A program made the position numbers and the translations under genes. Positions 63,600-64,000 of a stretch of DNA of 64,000 bases are shown in pieces (position 1 is the stretch's first letter; the number at the start of each line of letters is the position of its first letter). Under the pieces are notes generated by a model. The model was not told where the DNA came from, did not search any database, and saw only the letters and a program-made list of their open reading frames with translations. Source of the stretch: Bugula neritina (lineage: Eukaryota > Animalia > Bryozoa); NCBI GenBank assembly GCA_964035545.1, contig OZ037766.1:3348001-3412000 (forward strand), given 5' to 3'.

Positions 63600-64000
63600 G
63601 TAAGTACTCAATCTGTTAACATTTAGTTATATATTATTATAATATTATTATTTGTGTTCCAGGTAATTGCTTCTTGCATACATGTTGAATACAATAGATC
63701 CGCCTTAACATATAAGCACTTTTTACATTAAGATTCAATTTATATGCTTCAAGTTGCAGTAACAAGCATCTGCATATAAAAAACACAAACTGTATATTCT
63801 TTTCAAATTTCATTGCATGGTTACATGCAGTAAATTTCAGTTTTAAACCTCCTGCACGCTGCATAACTCAGTTTCTTTCAAGTTTAATGTCAATACATCA
63901 TATTTTATCTGTGTGTATATTTCAACCGTTGTTCATCTGCGCTATATGTAACTTTTTTTTCTGTGTTTGTCATCTAGTCCTTGTGAACTCATGAAATGTA

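Overview
AT-rich animal (invertebrate-like) genomic DNA with GT-AG introns, TATA promoters and many transposon fragments. Most of the ORF track is spurious, and most real genes are too short for it. (1) From about 3.0 to 47.9 kb lies a tandem array of eight intact acidic micropeptide genes (26-48 aa) plus one copy that has lost its coding exon. All eight share the core E-P-x-x-N-Q-E-[NQ]-P-D-D-G-G-T-E-V-E-E, conserved mainly through synonymous changes. Each coding exon appears to be fed by one to three non-coding first exons. The array carries 26 copies of a palindrome TGAC-N3-GTCA, 10-bp-phased GTCAA runs and some NF-kB-type sites. (2) A two-exon minus-strand gene of 317 aa (49984-51179) resembles the helical domain I of Cry delta-endotoxins. 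(3) A full-length but mutated Ty3/Gypsy element with 120-bp LTRs spans 54311-58784. (4) Two paralogous genes encode secreted, highly cationic Tyr/Pro/His-rich peptides (59841-59990, 63441-63599). There are also CACTA-, pogo-, hAT- and Sola-like non-autonomous DNA elements, a solo LTR, SINEs and LINE 3' ends. All functions are inferred; no database search was possible.
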